NCBI GenBank assembly: GCA_027339635.1
Contig: DAHWNZ010000007.1
Span: forward strand, 2,610-66,609
Direction: 5' to 3'
DNA length: 64,000 nucleotides
Source of the DNA: Candidatus Dormiibacterota bacterium
GTDB lineage: Bacteria > Chloroflexota > Dormibacteria > Aeolococcales > Bog-877
Translations under genes and position numbers: made by a program
In this document: one piece after another, positions 62,266-64,000 of the stretch
Layout of the letters: every line of letters begins with the position of its first letter
How positions within the stretch are numbered: the first letter of the stretch is position 1
The notes under the pieces: model-generated
Seen by the model: only the letters and a program-made list of their open reading frames with translations
Databases searched by the model: none
Told to the model about the DNA's origin: nothing

Positions 62266-64000
62266 ATGTCTGCAGCCAGACCTCTCGGGCGGCCGACCCG
62301 ACTTCACCGGGGGCTGTCGTCGACAGCCCCCGGCCTGTTGCTGGGTGCCGTGCTGCTGCTGACTCTCGGTCTTCCGGTCGGACTCTTTTTGGTGGTGGCG
62401 GTGAGCCCCAGGCTCTTCAGTCAGGGCACGTCTTGGCTCACGGGGGCCGGGTTCGTCGGCGCTATCCGGGGAGGAGCGCTGCCGGGGCTGGTCAATTCGA
62501 TGAGCGTCAGCGCCGTGGCCGCTTGCGGCTCGCTGGCGGTAGGTCTTGCCCTAGCCTGGTTCACCTCCCGGTCGACTCTCTGGGGTCGCAGGCTCTGGCC
62601 GCTTTTGGTATGGGCGGTGCTCCTGGCCCCGTCGTATCTGATCGCGCTGGGCTGGGAGCAACTGCTCGCGAACCACGGATCCTTCTGGGAGATGGGCCTG
62701 CGCCTGCCCTGGCTGTCATCCCTCTTCTTCGGCCCGGTTGGGGTGGTCTTCATCTACATCCTCAAGGGGGTTCCCTTCGCCTACCTGGCAACCTCCCTGG
62801 CCATGTCCGCTCTGGGCGGCGAGTTCGAGGATGCTGCCCGCATACATGGTGCCGGACGGTGGGGAGCCTGGCGGGTACTGCTGCCCATGATTGCGCCCGC
62901 AATCTGGTCGGCCCTGGCCGTCGTGTTCGCGGAGACGATCAGCGACTTCGGCGTGGCCTACACCCTGGCGGCCTCCAGCAAATTCCAACTGGCGACCTAC
63001 ACCCTCTTCGGGGCAGTGGACAACTTCCCCAGTCAGTTTCCGGTGGCGGCGGCGGTTGGATGGCTGCTCATCCTGGCCGTGGGAATCGCTCTGGTCTTGC
63101 AGTCGCGCGCCCTCCGAGGTCGGCTCTACGGCTCCTTGAGTGGGCGCACCCGAGCCCCCAGCAGGGTTTCTCTCAGACCATTTGGCCAGGCCGCGGGGCT
63201 CGCCCTGGTGGCCGGATACTTTCTGCTCTCCCTGGGGGTGCCTGCCCTGGGGGCGGTGGCCGGCTCGCTCTTGAAGCCCGCCACCCGTGGGTTCGCCATC
63301 GCCGGCCTCACTCTTGGCTACTACCAGGCGCTTCTGCACGATGGCGCGCCGCTCACCCCGCTCGCCTATTCCGCCGAGATCGCGGCGGTGGTGGCGACCC
63401 TGGTGGGCTTGGTGGCGGTGCCCGTCGCGATGTATCTCACGAGGAGCCAGGGGGGCTTGGCCAGCAAAGCGGTCGATCTGCTGCTGCTGGGGACGGTCGC
63501 TCTACCCGGGATCGTGCTTGGCGCGGGCTACATCTTTGTCTACAACCTCCCCGAGCTCAACGCCATCGGAATCCGCCTCTACGGCACCACGGCGCTGCTC
63601 GGCATGGCCTACTTCGCGGGAGCCCTGCCGACGGCGGCCAGAGTGCTGGTGGGTCCGGTGGCACAGGTGGACCGGTCGCCGGTCGTGGCGGCTCGCGTTC
63701 ATGGCAGCGGGGCCTTGGGATCCATACGCCATGCGCTCGTACCGGTGGTCAGTCGCAGTGTCCTTTGGGCGTGGATACTCACCTTCACAGGGGTGATGTT
63801 CGAACTGCCGGTTTCCCAGCTTCTCTACCCGCCGGGCAGCCCCACCCTTTCGGTTGCGATCACGAGAGCGCTGGGCCTTGACTTCTACGGTCCGGGGACA
63901 GCCATGTCGGTGGTCTCGGTCGCCTTCGCCCTGCTGGTCGTCACCACCGTGCTGCTGCTGTACCGCTGGCTGACTCCCCGCGGCTGGCGTCAGGTGGGAC
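62266..64000 (+). CDS. ABC transporter permease, fused two-domain (FbpB/ThiP-like), 3'-partial
   Basis: Not in the ORF track because there is no stop codon before the window end. My translation from ATG 62266 stays open to 64000. Two EAA loops: EFEDAARIHGAGRWGAWRVLLPMIAP and SPVVAARVHGSGALGSIRHALVPVV. At least 11 hydrophobic helices. Confidence 0.8.
   Translation, partial: MSAARPLGRPTRLHRGLSSTAPGLLLGAVLLLTLGLPVGLFLVVAVSPRLFSQGTSWLTGAGFVGAIRGGALPGLVNSMSVSAVAACGSLAVGLALAWFTSRSTLWGRRLWPLLVWAVLLAPSYLIALGWEQLLANHGSFWEMGLRLPWLSSLFFGPVGVVFIYILKGVPFAYLATSLAMSALGGEFEDAARIHGAGRWGAWRVLLPMIAPAIWSALAVVFAETISDFGVAYTLAASSKFQLATYTLFGAVDNFPSQFPVAAAVGWLLILAVGIALVLQSRALRGRLYGSLSGRTRAPSRVSLRPFGQAAGLALVAGYFLLSLGVPALGAVAGSLLKPATRGFAIAGLTLGYYQALLHDGAPLTPLAYSAEIAAVVATLVGLVAVPVAMYLTRSQGGLASKAVDLLLLGTVALPGIVLGAGYIFVYNLPELNAIGIRLYGTTALLGMAYFAGALPTAARVLVGPVAQVDRSPVVAARVHGSGALGSIRHALVPVVSRSVLWAWILTFTGVMFELPVSQLLYPPGSPTLSVAITRALGLDFYGPGTAMSVVSVAFALLVVTTVLLLYRWLTPRGWRQVG

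Noticed and set aside
62433-63881. 482-aa plus-strand ORF offered by the track for the last 1.6 kb
   Set aside because: It is an Arg/Gly/Pro-rich out-of-frame reading of the real permease gene (frame of ATG 62266). That gene has TM helices and two EAA loops.
1-64000. Search by eye for tRNA/rRNA genes, CRISPR repeats, IS elements/transposases, integrases, toxin-antitoxin pairs and known defence-system genes
   Set aside because: I found no T-loop (GGTTCGAATCC-like) motif outside coding sequence. I found no regularly spaced direct repeats, no terminal inverted repeats with a transposase ORF, and no recognisable defence or TA protein families. Absence is based on manual inspection only.

Overview
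The window is 64 kb of high-GC DNA, roughly two-thirds G+C by eye, and it is very gene-dense. I support 57 protein-coding genes. One of them is absent from the supplied ORF track because it runs off the 3' end (62266..>64000).

I found no rRNA, tRNA, CRISPR array, transposase or integrase. Most content is housekeeping:
- rpsF-ssb-rpsR, serA, trxA, argS, folC
- an orphan groEL with a CIRCE operator
- pntAA/pntAB/pntB
- otsA/otsB
- accD-accA facing fabH-fabF

Accessory content:
- an ECF sigma/anti-sigma pair
- TetR+MMPL and MarR+MFS efflux modules
- a MacB-type ABC exporter
- an Fe3+-type ABC importer
- a GH5 glycosidase

Several families here are typical of Actinomycetota-like Terrabacteria: ppgK, MMPL, DUF2342, holin-X/DUF3618 and a probable leaderless mRNA. 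That taxonomic placement is inference only.

Many neighbouring genes overlap by 4 nt (ATGA/GTGA), which indicates translational coupling. The ORF track is dominated by spurious antisense or out-of-frame ORFs, as expected at this GC content.

I did not find a clear-cut new defence or mobile system. The observations most worth follow-up are:
1. A proline dehydrogenase / P5C dehydrogenase / proline-racemase-like / KHG-aldolase operon. It looks like an animal-type hydroxyproline route, and its racemase-like enzyme carries a Ser/Cys instead of a Cys/Cys catalytic pair.
2. Two proteins with 330-480 aa acidic, Pro-rich disordered segments: the anti-sigma factor and a protein with a tandem DUF4388-like repeat.
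3. A translationally coupled MTHFR-like + aromatic-amino-acid-decarboxylase-like pair.
4. A compositionally atypical, partly undecodable stretch at 53.8-56.7 kb. It holds a bilobed retropepsin-like protein and a lower-GC lipoprotein gene.

All family calls rest on motif recognition by eye. No searches were run.
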